Positions 30,145 to 40,203 of a stretch of DNA of 64,000 nt are shown in pieces. The stretch comes from Candidatus Omnitrophota bacterium (lineage in GTDB: Bacteria; Omnitrophota; Gorgyraeia; JAHJTE01): the NCBI GenBank assembly GCA_018830005.1, contig JAHJTE010000003.1, forward strand, positions 7,674-71,673, written 5' to 3'. Made by a program: the position numbers and the translations under genes. The first letter of the stretch is position 1; each line of letters begins with the position of its first letter. The notes beneath the pieces are model-generated. The model ran no database searches. It saw only the letters and a list, made by a program, of their open reading frames with translations, and was not told the DNA's origin.

Positions 30145-32193
30145 TTACTTGAAATCTGGAATCCGCAGTTGCTTCAAAAAGTTCGGATCAACTTTATACC
30201 CATATTTTAACGCCAGCTTTGCGTGTTTTCTGGCTAAATCATTTTCCGGAGGTTCTAAGTTTGCATAGGTCACTGCAAGATTGTTATGCGCTGCTGCAAA
30301 TTTAGGCTCTAAACTAATGGCTTTCTTAAAGGCCTCTACTGCTCTTTTATCACCCAGCTCGCCATAGACAATACCAAGTTTATAATAATCTAAGGCACTG
30401 CCATTTAATAGCTCCAAGGCTCTACTTTTAAAGTAAACAGCTTCTCCTAAATTGCCTAATTTTTCATAAATAAACGCCAATCCAATATATGGTTTACTGT
30501 AATCAGGATTCACCTTTATTGCTGTTTTTAATGTCTCTATTGCTAGATCAATTTCCCCTTCATAATAATATGAAACTCCTAAATTATTATAAGCCAAAAC
30601 AAAAGAAGGATCTAATTCTATAGCCCGCTTAAGATGGTAAATTTCTTTGTCTCTCAAGCCTTTCTTAGCAAAAAGAAGGCCTAAATTATTATGTATTTCA
30701 GCTATATTTGGATTAATAGCCAGCGCCTCTCTAAGATGCTCTTCTGCTAAATCAAAATCATCTTTTTCTAGATACGTGCTAGATAAATTCAGATGAAGAC
30801 GAATCTTTAAAGCTCTAGGAATTATTGGTCTCTTCTTAATCTCTTCCAATGCTATAATAAAATAATTCTCAGCCTCATTTATCTTGCCTTTATTTAATGC
30901 TGCCAGACCTAAATTATTATATCCAGCCATAGAACTCGGCGAGCACCCAACATTATTTAGCCAAAGAGAATATTCATCTTTCCAGATATTATTGCGTCTA
31001 ATTGTCAAAACTGAAAAGAAGATGAGAATGACTGTCGCAACACTAGCTATTAATATCTTCAATGCCTGTTTTTTCCTTGCCTCTACAATATAAAATAACC
31101 TTTCCAAAAATAAAGTAATAGCAATAAATATTCCGATTGCTGGCAAATATAGATGCTGCTCAGCGGCAAGTAGGCTAAGCGTTGCTATAAATTTTGGCAA
31201 AAGATTTACAAAGAACCAAAGAATCGCAAAGCTCAATAACGGGAGTCTTTTATAGGAAGCAATAGAAATAGATATAAGACTAATAATTACTAAGAATGAC
31301 TGCAGGGCATCAGGATTCAACAATGAGCTAAATTCAGGAAAACGTCTTCCTATGCACAAATTGAGAGGGCAGAAAAACAACTTCAAATAAAAAACGCTGA
31401 CATGTAACTGCGTGAAGAAATTTGAATAGAGGCTACGTCGCAGGCCACCGATGTTGGCAATTGCGCCGAAAAGATGGTATTTTAATAAGAGATAAATTAA
31501 AACTACAAAAATAAATAAAAAATAGCGTTTTATAGATGCCTGGGTATCTTTAAGATTATCTTTGCGAAATAAAAAATCATAAACTAGTAAAATAAGAGGA
31601 AAAACAATTATGACCTCTTTGGTCAGTAGGCCTAAGATAAAGACAGCTAAAGAGATCCAGTATGCTTTATCAAAACGGCCAAAGTTACTATGAATGTAGG
31701 AAATTAATCCTACAAGAAAGAAGAAACTCGAAAGCAAAGTTGAGCGACAAGATATATAGATTACTGCTTCAGAATTTATCGGATGAACTACAAACAAAAG
31801 ACTAGTTAAAAATGAAGGCCAAAAAAAGTTATTTTGTAAAAGGGAGCGCAGCAAGAAAAAAACTAAAACAGCATTTAAGAAATGAATAGCAATATTGATT
31901 ATATGATAGCCGGTAGGATTAAGCCTGCCAAAGAAATAATTAAAGACAAATGTCAGCATTAAAAATGGTCGATACATCCCCTTGGCAATCGGAACGGAAG
32001 TCATTTTACCAGATGTAAACAACATATAGACTTTATTAAAATCTTTTATAAAATTATTCTTCACTATCATGCGGCCGTCATCAAAAACAAAAGGAACAGA
32101 CAGGCTTTTAGAATAAAGTACAAAGCATACCAAAAATATAATAATAACCGCAAGGTATTCTTTGTTTCGGTTAAGTAATTTATTTTCCAGCAT
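30145..32193 (-). CDS. polytopic membrane protein with C-terminal TPR repeats (GT-C / PMT_2-like candidate glycosyltransferase)
   Basis: About 11 N-terminal TM helices followed by about 8 TPR units (AxxYNNLG... repeats); 682 aa. Confidence 0.55.
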   Translation of the reverse strand: MLENKLLNRNKEYLAVIIIFLVCFVLYSKSLSVPFVFDDGRMIVKNNFIKDFNKVYMLFTSGKMTSVPIAKGMYRPFLMLTFVFNYFFGRLNPTGYHIINIAIHFLNAVLVFFLLRSLLQNNFFWPSFLTSLLFVVHPINSEAVIYISCRSTLLSSFFFLVGLISYIHSNFGRFDKAYWISLAVFILGLLTKEVIIVFPLILLVYDFLFRKDNLKDTQASIKRYFLFIFVVLIYLLLKYHLFGAIANIGGLRRSLYSNFFTQLHVSVFYLKLFFCPLNLCIGRRFPEFSSLLNPDALQSFLVIISLISISIASYKRLPLLSFAILWFFVNLLPKFIATLSLLAAEQHLYLPAIGIFIAITLFLERLFYIVEARKKQALKILIASVATVILIFFSVLTIRRNNIWKDEYSLWLNNVGCSPSSMAGYNNLGLAALNKGKINEAENYFIIALEEIKKRPIIPRALKIRLHLNLSSTYLEKDDFDLAEEHLREALAINPNIAEIHNNLGLLFAKKGLRDKEIYHLKRAIELDPSFVLAYNNLGVSYYYEGEIDLAIETLKTAIKVNPDYSKPYIGLAFIYEKLGNLGEAVYFKSRALELLNGSALDYYKLGIVYGELGDKRAVEAFKKAISLEPKFAAAHNNLAVTYANLEPPENDLARKHAKLALKYGYKVDPNFLKQLRIPDFK

Positions 32194-32260
32194 CTTCTAT
32201 TAAATTTTCACTAAATTATCTTTCGGGCCCAGAAGGAAACTCGAATAATTATATTTATTA

Positions 32261-33115
32261 CTAGGGATTATTTTCGGTACGATCAAGCCGTAGCTGCGCA
32301 ATCTGTTCAGAGATAAGCCCGAGCATAAATATAGTTATGCTTGATGTAAAAAGTAGAGCAGACATATTAGTAAAACTGTGGAAGGAAATAAAAGTGTAGA
32401 GGTAATTGCCCATCCCCAAAAAAAACAATAAAAAGCTAATCGGAAGAAATACCCTAAAGGGCGAAAAGACTGTAGCAATCTTTGCAATTATCAGTAAAAA
32501 TCGTATACCATCAGATAAGGGCTTTATTTTGCTTTTTCCTTTTCTGGCGAGTGCAGTTATTGGAACATACTTAATACTTCTGCCGCTACGAAGTATTGCC
32601 AAAGTAAGGGTAGTAGGATAAGAAAAGCCATTAGGTAAAAGGTAGAGAAATTTTAAAGCCAAATCTTTTCTTATCACCCTAAAACCAGATGTTAAATCCT
32701 GTATCTTAAACCTTGTTACATAGCTTGCAAACCAATTATAAATTATGTTAGCTGTTCTGCGAGCTGGTGCATGAGAATCTTTACTTCTTGCTCCTACAAC
32801 CATATCATATTTATCAATATATTCTAAAATCCTGGCTATATCAGCAGGGTTATGCTGTCCATCGCCATCCATGAATACTAATATGTCTGCCTTGGCTACT
32901 CTTATGCCTGTTTTTACGCTAGCGCCATTACCCATACGATAGGGATGGCTTATGACAAGTGCTCCAGAATCTCTAGCAACCTTGGCGCTATTATCAGAAG
33001 AACAATCATCTACAACTAAAATCTGGAATTCCTTTTTTATACTATTTTTTATTTCTTTTATAACCTGACTAATGTTCTCTTCTTCGTTAAAGATTGGTAA
33101 AATTATATCTATCAT
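32261..33115 (-). CDS. family 2 glycosyltransferase, GtrB/ArnC-like polyprenol-phosphate sugar synthase
   Basis: N-terminal GT2 motif (ILPIFNEE...VVDDCSSD), DxD, two C-terminal TM helices typical of GtrB/ArnC. Confidence 0.8.
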   Translation of the reverse strand: MIDIILPIFNEEENISQVIKEIKNSIKKEFQILVVDDCSSDNSAKVARDSGALVISHPYRMGNGASVKTGIRVAKADILVFMDGDGQHNPADIARILEYIDKYDMVVGARSKDSHAPARRTANIIYNWFASYVTRFKIQDLTSGFRVIRKDLALKFLYLLPNGFSYPTTLTLAILRSGRSIKYVPITALARKGKSKIKPLSDGIRFLLIIAKIATVFSPFRVFLPISFLLFFLGMGNYLYTFISFHSFTNMSALLFTSSITIFMLGLISEQIAQLRLDRTENNP

Positions 33116-33148
33116 CTTTAGCTATTACTTAACTTCCTTTATTCTAAC

Positions 33149-33176
33149 AAAAAGGGGAGAAAAAAACCTCCCCTTT
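33149..33176 (-). terminator. rho-independent terminator after pilin gene (bidirectional-capable)
   Basis: AGGGGAG-8nt-CTCCCCT hairpin flanked by an A-run and a T-run, located 60 bp beyond the pilin stop codon. Confidence 0.6.
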
Positions 33177-33235
33177 TATCTTCAAATTAAAAATCCGTTC
33201 GCTCTAAAACCAAAGCAACATAACTAAATAAAAAA

Positions 33236-33592
33236 TTACGGCCAGGCTAAACCACCGCCAGCAGTACCTATTGTACCGGTGGCAGGATTGTAAGTCCAAT
33301 TAAATGTGCCGGCTGCAACCCCTGTGCTAGCTGTCAACTGAGTTAAGTCCGTATCTAACTGAGCGATTAAAGCAACATCACTAGCAGGAAATACAGGATT
33401 ACCCGCAACAGCGCCAGAGGCATAGAATAATTGGGCTGAAGCGCGCAAAGCACCCAATTCGGCCATTGCAGTTGCCTGTCTTGCATCATCAGCCAAGTTA
33501 ACAAATCTTGGAACAGCAACAGCGGCTAAAATTGCTAATAATGCCAGGACTATAACTAATTCAATTAATGTAAAACCGCTTAATCTATTCAT
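33236..33592 (-). CDS. type IV pilin (major pilin paralog)
   Basis: Class III signal MNRLSG|FTLIELVIV (Gly-1, Glu+5), hydrophobic alpha1 helix, Thr/Gly/Ala-rich C-terminal tail; N-terminus near-identical to the pilin at 45084-45533. Confidence 0.85.
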   Translation of the reverse strand: MNRLSGFTLIELVIVLALLAILAAVAVPRFVNLADDARQATAMAELGALRASAQLFYASGAVAGNPVFPASDVALIAQLDTDLTQLTASTGVAAGTFNWTYNPATGTIGTAGGGLAWP

Positions 33593-33771
33593 CAGATCTC
33601 ACCTCCCTCACAAAACATAATTATTACTAACTTAACATCCAAGTAGAAACTTGTCAAGATTTTTTTCTCAATAACATTAATTAAAGTATAGCCTAAAAAA
33701 ATACCTATTGCAAGCAAAATTGTCAATAATTATAACTCGTTGAAAAATAAGGAATTGGAAAAGAAGTTACT

Positions 33772-34542
33772 TTATGCTTGCCTCTTTTTAAATCTTCTCC
33801 TTATCTCTTCTTTTATTAAATCTGAGCCTGTAAAAACACCTAAAAGAAGAGAAAAACCAGTAATTAATATCCTGTCTAAAATAGCTAAAGACAAGGCAAC
33901 GTTAAGGCTAAGGCCGTTTTCCATTAACAGTAAAACCAACCCTGTATCTTTAAATCCTAAGCCAGCAGGTGCGGGAGATAAATACCCCAAGACAAAGGAC
34001 ATGGAGATAATCTTTAAAATATCTAAAAAATGGGGATGAAAATTAAAAAATTCAAAAAGTAAATAATAATAGAGAACTACCAATGCCATATTCAAAATAA
34101 CAAACGGCAGGATGCAAAAAACGCTTTTTAGCTTTTCCTTAAAATATCTTAAGGCCTCTCTTATTGATAAAGCAAGTTTGTGCTTTCTTCTTGCAACTAT
34201 TATCAATAAAAGAATTAATATTATTACAAATGCTAAAGGAACCCTCCTGATGAATCCCGCCCCAAAGTAGGCGCCAAGGAGGAGCCACAATGATACGGAA
34301 AGAAACTCTAGAATAATAAAGGCACTTAAGGCATTGGGGAAGGCTAACTTTTTATGTCGAGAAAAATAACTGCTTACAATATAGCCTGCACCTGTAAAAA
34401 GACATTTATTCAGGGCCCTGGCAAGACAAGTTAATTTAAAGGATTCGCCTAACTTTATCTCTTTTCCAAGCAGGATATAAAAATTTAGGGCTTGAATAAT
34501 GGAAATTAAAAACAGGATTAAAATAATAAAGAATGTTCCCAT
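33772..34542 (-). CDS. polytopic membrane protein (hypothetical; possibly flippase-like / UPF0104-like)
   Basis: 256 aa, about 8 TM helices; lies in the glycan gene neighbourhood. Confidence 0.4.
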   Translation of the reverse strand: MGTFFIILILFLISIIQALNFYILLGKEIKLGESFKLTCLARALNKCLFTGAGYIVSSYFSRHKKLAFPNALSAFIILEFLSVSLWLLLGAYFGAGFIRRVPLAFVIILILLLIIVARRKHKLALSIREALRYFKEKLKSVFCILPFVILNMALVVLYYYLLFEFFNFHPHFLDILKIISMSFVLGYLSPAPAGLGFKDTGLVLLLMENGLSLNVALSLAILDRILITGFSLLLGVFTGSDLIKEEIRRRFKKRQA

Positions 34543-34660
34543 AACAAAGGTTAAAAAATCGAGTCCTTAAACACTCTCAGATACGGAAAGAAGAAATAGT
34601 CCTTTATCTATTATACCATCAGAAAAAGCAGAGTTAAGAAATTTCTAAATAAATCCAACC

Positions 34661-34689
34661 TTGACTACTCTTGTTTAGGAGCCTAAAAT
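34661..34689 (+). promoter_or_regulatory. sigma70-type promoter candidate for FkbM methyltransferase gene
   Basis: TTGACT-17 bp-TAAAAT 50-80 bp upstream of the ATG, with AAGGAG RBS at 34723-34729. Confidence 0.5.
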
Positions 34690-34738
34690 AGCTGTTAGAA
34701 TTAACTAACTACAAGCTTATATAAGGAGATATCATCCC

Positions 34739-35617
34739 ATGCTAGAAATCAGTACAATTAAAGACGCAATATTTATCTTGAAAAGATTTGGGATAAGACA
34801 TGCTTTCGGAAGATTCGAAGATTTAGTCTTAATTAAAAAAGAAGAAAGAAGAAAAAACAAATTATATAAAAAATTAAAGCCGCAAGGAAGATTAAGGAAG
34901 AATATACTTGGAAACACAATGCAATTAGATATGAATGACTTTGGAATACATAGGGATTTATTTCTAGATGGAATCCGAGAGCCGCAGGCTACGCAACATT
35001 TAATGCAGCTCTTAGGTAAAGATGATATAGTCCTAGAGGTGGGAGCCAATATTGGCTATTATGTTCTTATAGAATCTCGACTCTGTAAAAAGATTTACGC
35101 CGTTGAGCCAATAACTGAAAATATAAATAATCTAAAGATAAATATTGAATTAAACCAATGCAGGAATGTAGCGGTATTTCAAACAGCCTTTGGTGCTGAA
35201 AGAACCAAAAAAACTATGTATATATCAAAAAAAAGTAACTGGCACAGTTTCTATCCTAAAAAGAATATAATAAAAAAACTATCTGTTGAAATGGATAGCG
35301 TTGATAATTTTCTTAAAGACAAGGAGAAACCTACTTTTCTACGTATGGATGTTGAGGGATACGAACTGAATATATTAAAAGGCATGCAGGAAACCTTAAA
35401 AAATATAAAAAGATTATTTATTGAGGTGCATGCCGATATATTAGCATTAGAAGAAACGCAAGAATTGATCGAGATCTTAAGAAAAAATTCATTTCGGCCT
35501 GAATTAATAATTAAATATGACCGGCCTAAATTCTCTAAAATTCTACCTAATGATTATATCAATAAGATTTATGACGGAGACAAAGGAGGCTATGAAATAT
35601 TTTTTTCTAAATTCTAA
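34739..35617 (+). CDS. FkbM-family SAM-dependent methyltransferase
   Basis: VLEVGANIGYY SAM-binding motif characteristic of the FkbM domain, 292 aa. Confidence 0.75.
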   Translation: MLEISTIKDAIFILKRFGIRHAFGRFEDLVLIKKEERRKNKLYKKLKPQGRLRKNILGNTMQLDMNDFGIHRDLFLDGIREPQATQHLMQLLGKDDIVLEVGANIGYYVLIESRLCKKIYAVEPITENINNLKINIELNQCRNVAVFQTAFGAERTKKTMYISKKSNWHSFYPKKNIIKKLSVEMDSVDNFLKDKEKPTFLRMDVEGYELNILKGMQETLKNIKRLFIEVHADILALEETQELIEILRKNSFRPELIIKYDRPKFSKILPNDYINKIYDGDKGGYEIFFSKF

Positions 35618-35628
35618 GGCTGACTACT

Positions 35629-36720
35629 TTAATATTGCTTGGCAAGAATATAGTCTACTATCTCTTGGGAAGGCCTGCACTTGGCATCTTGAGGCGTTTT
35701 TCTTTTGAAGTTTTTATAATTATCCAAAAAAATACTTATCTCTTCTGGTGAAAACTTAGAAAGCACTACATTTTCCCCTAATCCCTCCATTCTTTCAGTA
35801 TGATTTCTCATAAGCAGGCATGGCTTGTCTAAATAGAAGCTCTCCTCCTGAATGCTGCCTCCATCGCTAATAATAAACTCGCAATTCTTTAGTAAATGAA
35901 GGAATTCAGAATGTGAAACAACCGACAGGCAATTAATATTATCAAGCTTATCAATCTCTTCATTAAGATGGAATCTCTTGAGTAAATTAACTGTGGGAGG
36001 GTCCTGAATAAAAATTACAGGAAATCTCTTTGCGACTTCCCTGATAAGACCTATCAAAAGTTTCAATCTCTTTTTGCGAAAGATATTCTCCGCCCTATGA
36101 AAGGTTACAAGCACATACTTTTCAAAATCCAATTTTAGTTCACTCCCTTTACTCAGAGTATAGGCGGTTGCTTCAAAGGAAGTATTAGCAGAAAGTAAAA
36201 CTGACTTTTTTTCACAACCAATTTTTCTCAAGTTTTCAAAGGCCCAGGATGAAGGAGCAAATAATATATCAGACCATCTAACAATAAGATTCCTTATAAT
36301 CTCTTCTGGGAAAGGATTGAAATAATTAAAGGAAAACAGACCGGATTCTATATGCGCTACCTTTAATTTTGCTCTTTTGGCTAAATATAAGGCAATGAGT
36401 GAAGAAAGCGGCTCTCCATGAATAAGACAAACGCCAGAGGTGTCTAAGAATATTTCTTTTCTTATGCGTTTGTAAGATAGGCTTTTGAATAATACATCTT
36501 TTAACCACATGAATATTTTCAAAATACTGGAAGCATTCTCTCCTTTTGATAGAACTACAGAGGGACCGTCTAACTCAAATTCTTTTCTTAATTCACTCGT
36601 GATTAGAGAATGCTGGCCTAAGTCTATAAGATTAAACTTAATGCCTCGCTCTTTGAGCCGCTGCATTACTGGCGCCATCTTTATAAATTGCGCTTTTGTC
36701 CCAATAGCTATATGGATCAT
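35629..36720 (-). CDS. UDP-N-acetylglucosamine 2-epimerase-like (WecB/GT28-like fold) protein
   Basis: N-terminal GTKAQFIKMAPV resembling the WecB GTRPEAIKMAP motif; 363 aa. Confidence 0.55.
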   Translation of the reverse strand: MIHIAIGTKAQFIKMAPVMQRLKERGIKFNLIDLGQHSLITSELRKEFELDGPSVVLSKGENASSILKIFMWLKDVLFKSLSYKRIRKEIFLDTSGVCLIHGEPLSSLIALYLAKRAKLKVAHIESGLFSFNYFNPFPEEIIRNLIVRWSDILFAPSSWAFENLRKIGCEKKSVLLSANTSFEATAYTLSKGSELKLDFEKYVLVTFHRAENIFRKKRLKLLIGLIREVAKRFPVIFIQDPPTVNLLKRFHLNEEIDKLDNINCLSVVSHSEFLHLLKNCEFIISDGGSIQEESFYLDKPCLLMRNHTERMEGLGENVVLSKFSPEEISIFLDNYKNFKRKTPQDAKCRPSQEIVDYILAKQY

Positions 36721-36820
36721 ATTAGTTTAATGAAGAATTTCAGGTATAATTTTCAAAGGAAGGAAAGAATGTTTCTTGATGAGGGTCATCATCCTGAATG
36801 TAGCATTTCTTAGATACAAA

Positions 36821-38035
36821 TTATTTCAAGAACAATCTCGACATATTCCACATCGGCAAAAATATCGCAAGGGCTAGACCGAGCACAATCAATGCCAAAA
36901 CAACTATTAGTATCGGCTCAATCAAGGTCGTCATATTCTTTACTGCGCTATCCACCTCTGAGTCGAAATGTTCAGAAATCTTAATCAATAGAGTATCTAC
37001 AGTTCCGCTCTCCTCTCCTGCGCCAACCATATGCACGACCATTGGCGGAAATACCTTATGCAAGGCAAGCGGATCAGCCATACCCCTGCCTTCTTTAACA
37101 TTGTCTCGAACATCATCCAGGGCTTGCATTACAACAACATTGCCTAAAACACTCTTGGTAATATCCAGTGCCTTCAAAACAGGCAGGCCGCTTTGCATAA
37201 GCGTACCTAAGATCCGAGAGAATCTAGCCATAATTGCGTTATTAATTATCTTGCCAAAGACAGGTACCTTTAATATAAATTTACTCCACATAATATTACC
37301 TATCTTGGTACGCAGGAAAAACTTAAAACCAGTTATTAAAAGGATTATCAGAATCAAAAATATATACCAGTAGCTTTGAAATAGTTCATTGATCTTCAAC
37401 ATAACCCTGGTAGGAAGCGGCAATTCTGTATTGAATTTGGCAAAAAGGGCGGCAAACTTAGGCAAGATAAAAGTAGTAATTCCAATAAATACAGCAAATA
37501 TAGCTATAAGCACCACCATGGGATAACGTGTTGCTGTTTTTATCTGCGTGCTTGTCGCATCTTCTTTTTCTCCTAACTCCGCAATCCGCAGTAAGATATC
37601 GTGCAATTTTCCTGAGCTTTCACCTGCACGCACCATATTAATATAAAGGGTAGAAAACACATTCGAAAACCGCCCCAGGGAATCTGAGAATTCACTTCCT
37701 GCTTCTATGTCCTTCTTTATCTTACTAACTATCTCCTTTAATCGCCAGTTCTCTGTCTGATCTTCCAATGCCCTTAATGAAGTCATAATCGGCATGCCTG
37801 CGCCTTCAAATGTAGCCAGCTGCCTGGTCATCATATTAATATCTTTCAAACTTATTGTTTTAAGCCTTCTTTTTAAGTTCAAAATGCCTGTTAGGCCTTT
37901 CTGTTCACTAATCTTTATCGGCGTATAGCCCATATTTTTGAAATACTCAATGAGCATTTCAGTATTTTTAGCCGAGATTACGCCGCCTATTGCCTTGCCT
38001 GTTCTATCTCTTACTTTATAATTGAAATTAGGCAT
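36821..38035 (-). CDS. type IV pilus/T2SS inner-membrane platform protein (PilC/GspF family), copy 1
   Basis: 404 aa, two GspF repeats, 3 TM helices, conserved C-terminal LIEPILIVVL...F motif. Confidence 0.88.
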   Translation of the reverse strand: MPNFNYKVRDRTGKAIGGVISAKNTEMLIEYFKNMGYTPIKISEQKGLTGILNLKRRLKTISLKDINMMTRQLATFEGAGMPIMTSLRALEDQTENWRLKEIVSKIKKDIEAGSEFSDSLGRFSNVFSTLYINMVRAGESSGKLHDILLRIAELGEKEDATSTQIKTATRYPMVVLIAIFAVFIGITTFILPKFAALFAKFNTELPLPTRVMLKINELFQSYWYIFLILIILLITGFKFFLRTKIGNIMWSKFILKVPVFGKIINNAIMARFSRILGTLMQSGLPVLKALDITKSVLGNVVVMQALDDVRDNVKEGRGMADPLALHKVFPPMVVHMVGAGEESGTVDTLLIKISEHFDSEVDSAVKNMTTLIEPILIVVLALIVLGLALAIFLPMWNMSRLFLK

Positions 38036-38047
38036 TGTATTTTTGGC

Positions 38048-39757
38048 TTAGGCCTGTGTCTGTGTCTGGGTTATGCGCAAAATCTCCTCAATAGAAGTCA
38101 AGCCCCTTGTTGCCTTCTCTAGGCCATCGTCCCTTAAGGTTATTAGGCCTCCCTTTCTTGCCTCGCGCATTATTACATCACTTGAGGCCTTGGCAACTGC
38201 TATCTCTCTGAGTGCCTCATCCATTAACATTACCTCAAAGACTGCGATTCTCCCCTTATAGCCGATATTAGAACAGTGACGGCAACCCACAGCCTTAAAG
38301 AATTTATAATCTTTATTCTTTTCTAATCGCAATTCTGTCAATAGCTGCTCACTGGGAGAATAGGCCTGTTTACAATTATCGCAGAGGACGCGCGCCAGCC
38401 TTTGAGCTACTACACCGATTAAGGAAGATGAAATCAAAAACGGCTCAGCCCCCATATCGATCATTCGCGTTATTGCTCCGGGGGCATCATTGGTATGCAA
38501 AGTTGAAAATACGAGCTGGCCAATTAAAGCAGCGTGGATTGAAATCTCAAGTGTCTCTAAGTCTCTAATTTCACCAACCATAATTACATTTGGATCTTGC
38601 CTTAATATCGAACGCAAGCCTGATGCGAATGTAAGGCCTGCCTTGGGATTAACTTGGGACTGTCTAATCAATGGCAATTTATACTCAACAGGATCTTCCA
38701 AAGTAATAATATTCTTGCCAATTGTATTTATTGTCTGCAACGTTGAATAAAGCGTAGTTGTTTTTCCGCTTCCAGTAGGGCCAGTAACAAGAATTATGCC
38801 GTAAGGATTGCGTATCATCTCTTGGAATTTATCAAGCGCCTGTTTAGAAAATCCTAAATCCCTAAGACCAATAAGAAGGCTACTTTTATCTAGTAGCCTC
38901 ATCACTATATTTTCACCATGGATAGTGGGAAAAGAAGAAACCCTTAAATCCACTTCAATCTTGCCTAATTTAAAAGTAAAGCCTCCATCCTGGGGTCTTC
39001 TTTTTTCTGCAATATCCATTTTAGAAAGAATCTTTACGCGCGAGATTATACCACTCATCAAGAATTTTGGCGGAGACGGCTTCTCATAAAGGATACCGTC
39101 TATACGAAAACGTATTCTTAATTGCTGTTCATCCGGCTCGATGTGAATATCAGAGGCCTTCTCTTTTATTGCCTGGACAATAAGAAGATTAACCAGGCGT
39201 ATCAGGGGTGCTTCTTCAGCCAATTTGGAGGAATCCTTTATATCATCTACTCTCTTGAGCTTCTCAATCATCTTATTTATATCTTCCTCATCAATATCTT
39301 CCACAATCTGTTCAATATCACCCTTGACACCATAATAAGAATCAATAGCAGTGCCAATTAACTGACCAATACTCAAAACCGGATCTATGTCACACTCGCT
39401 CTTTAAACGTACTTCATCAATAGCGATAATATCAGAAGGATCAGCCATAGCCACAGTCAGGCTATTGCCGACTTTAAACAATGGAATAAGCGTATACTTA
39501 CTAGCTACTTCTTTAGGAATTAGCTTTAAGACTTCTTTATCAATTGTATAATCAGCCAAGTCAATAAAGGGCACGCCAATTTCTTTGGCAATTATTGCTG
39601 CTATCTTTTCATTATTAACCACGCCCTGCTTAATCAGAACCTTCTCCAGAGAAAGGGCATTCTTTTTTGCTTCTTCTTTGGCAAGCTTTAAGCGCTCCTT
39701 GGAAATCAACTCCTCATCCAGAAGTATCGCTTCTAAAATCTTCTTACCTTGCGTCAT
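38048..39757 (-). CDS. type IV pilus/T2SS assembly ATPase (PilB/GspE family) with N-terminal MshEN/T2SSE_N domain, copy 1
   Basis: 569 aa, Walker A GPTGSGKTTTL, Asp box, His box, tetracysteine CxxC...CxxC, N-terminal T2SSE_N domain. Confidence 0.92.
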   Translation of the reverse strand: MTQGKKILEAILLDEELISKERLKLAKEEAKKNALSLEKVLIKQGVVNNEKIAAIIAKEIGVPFIDLADYTIDKEVLKLIPKEVASKYTLIPLFKVGNSLTVAMADPSDIIAIDEVRLKSECDIDPVLSIGQLIGTAIDSYYGVKGDIEQIVEDIDEEDINKMIEKLKRVDDIKDSSKLAEEAPLIRLVNLLIVQAIKEKASDIHIEPDEQQLRIRFRIDGILYEKPSPPKFLMSGIISRVKILSKMDIAEKRRPQDGGFTFKLGKIEVDLRVSSFPTIHGENIVMRLLDKSSLLIGLRDLGFSKQALDKFQEMIRNPYGIILVTGPTGSGKTTTLYSTLQTINTIGKNIITLEDPVEYKLPLIRQSQVNPKAGLTFASGLRSILRQDPNVIMVGEIRDLETLEISIHAALIGQLVFSTLHTNDAPGAITRMIDMGAEPFLISSSLIGVVAQRLARVLCDNCKQAYSPSEQLLTELRLEKNKDYKFFKAVGCRHCSNIGYKGRIAVFEVMLMDEALREIAVAKASSDVIMREARKGGLITLRDDGLEKATRGLTSIEEILRITQTQTQA

Positions 39758-39779
39758 CTTATAACCCCCGCGATTAAAA

Positions 39780-40202
39780 TTATAGTCTCAATTCAAATTC
39801 CTTTTCGCCATCATGTAGTATAACACGATCTTTAAGAATATCCACTACTTCATTGCCTTCGACTCTATCTCCAACTCTCACTATTTCTTCGTTGATAATA
39901 GCCTGAGGAGAATCAGCGTCCCAAAGGATACCTATGAGATTTAACCCAGTCACAGCGGTTATCCCCTCAGCCAAAACAAAAGGATTTCTACCCCAGTCTT
40001 TAAACTCGCTATCATTTCTCTTTTTGATCTCTTTCTTACCCCAGAAAACGAACCTGCTTGCAATATCTTCTTCTCTGGAAACTGATGCTGCTTCACCAGG
40101 ATAGGTCTTCACTCGCCTAACATTCTTAAATAAAGAAACCCAGACAAAAATCATTATTATAATTAAAATTCCTAAGATTATATTCCGGATATTTTTACCC
40201 AT
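39780..40202 (-). CDS. PilP/GspC-like protein (paralog 2)
   Basis: N-terminal TM anchor, DWGRNPFVL motif shared with 25147-25689, C-terminal beta domain; 140 aa. Confidence 0.45.
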   Translation of the reverse strand: MGKNIRNIILGILIIIMIFVWVSLFKNVRRVKTYPGEAASVSREEDIASRFVFWGKKEIKKRNDSEFKDWGRNPFVLAEGITAVTGLNLIGILWDADSPQAIINEEIVRVGDRVEGNEVVDILKDRVILHDGEKEFELRL

Positions 40203-40203
40203 G

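Noticed and set aside
33236-33592. Pilin gene as horizontally acquired because of locally higher GC
   Set aside because: The GC rise is explained by Ala/Gly-rich composition of the protein. The N-terminus is nearly identical to the resident pilin at 45084-45533, so a paralog is more parsimonious than foreign DNA.
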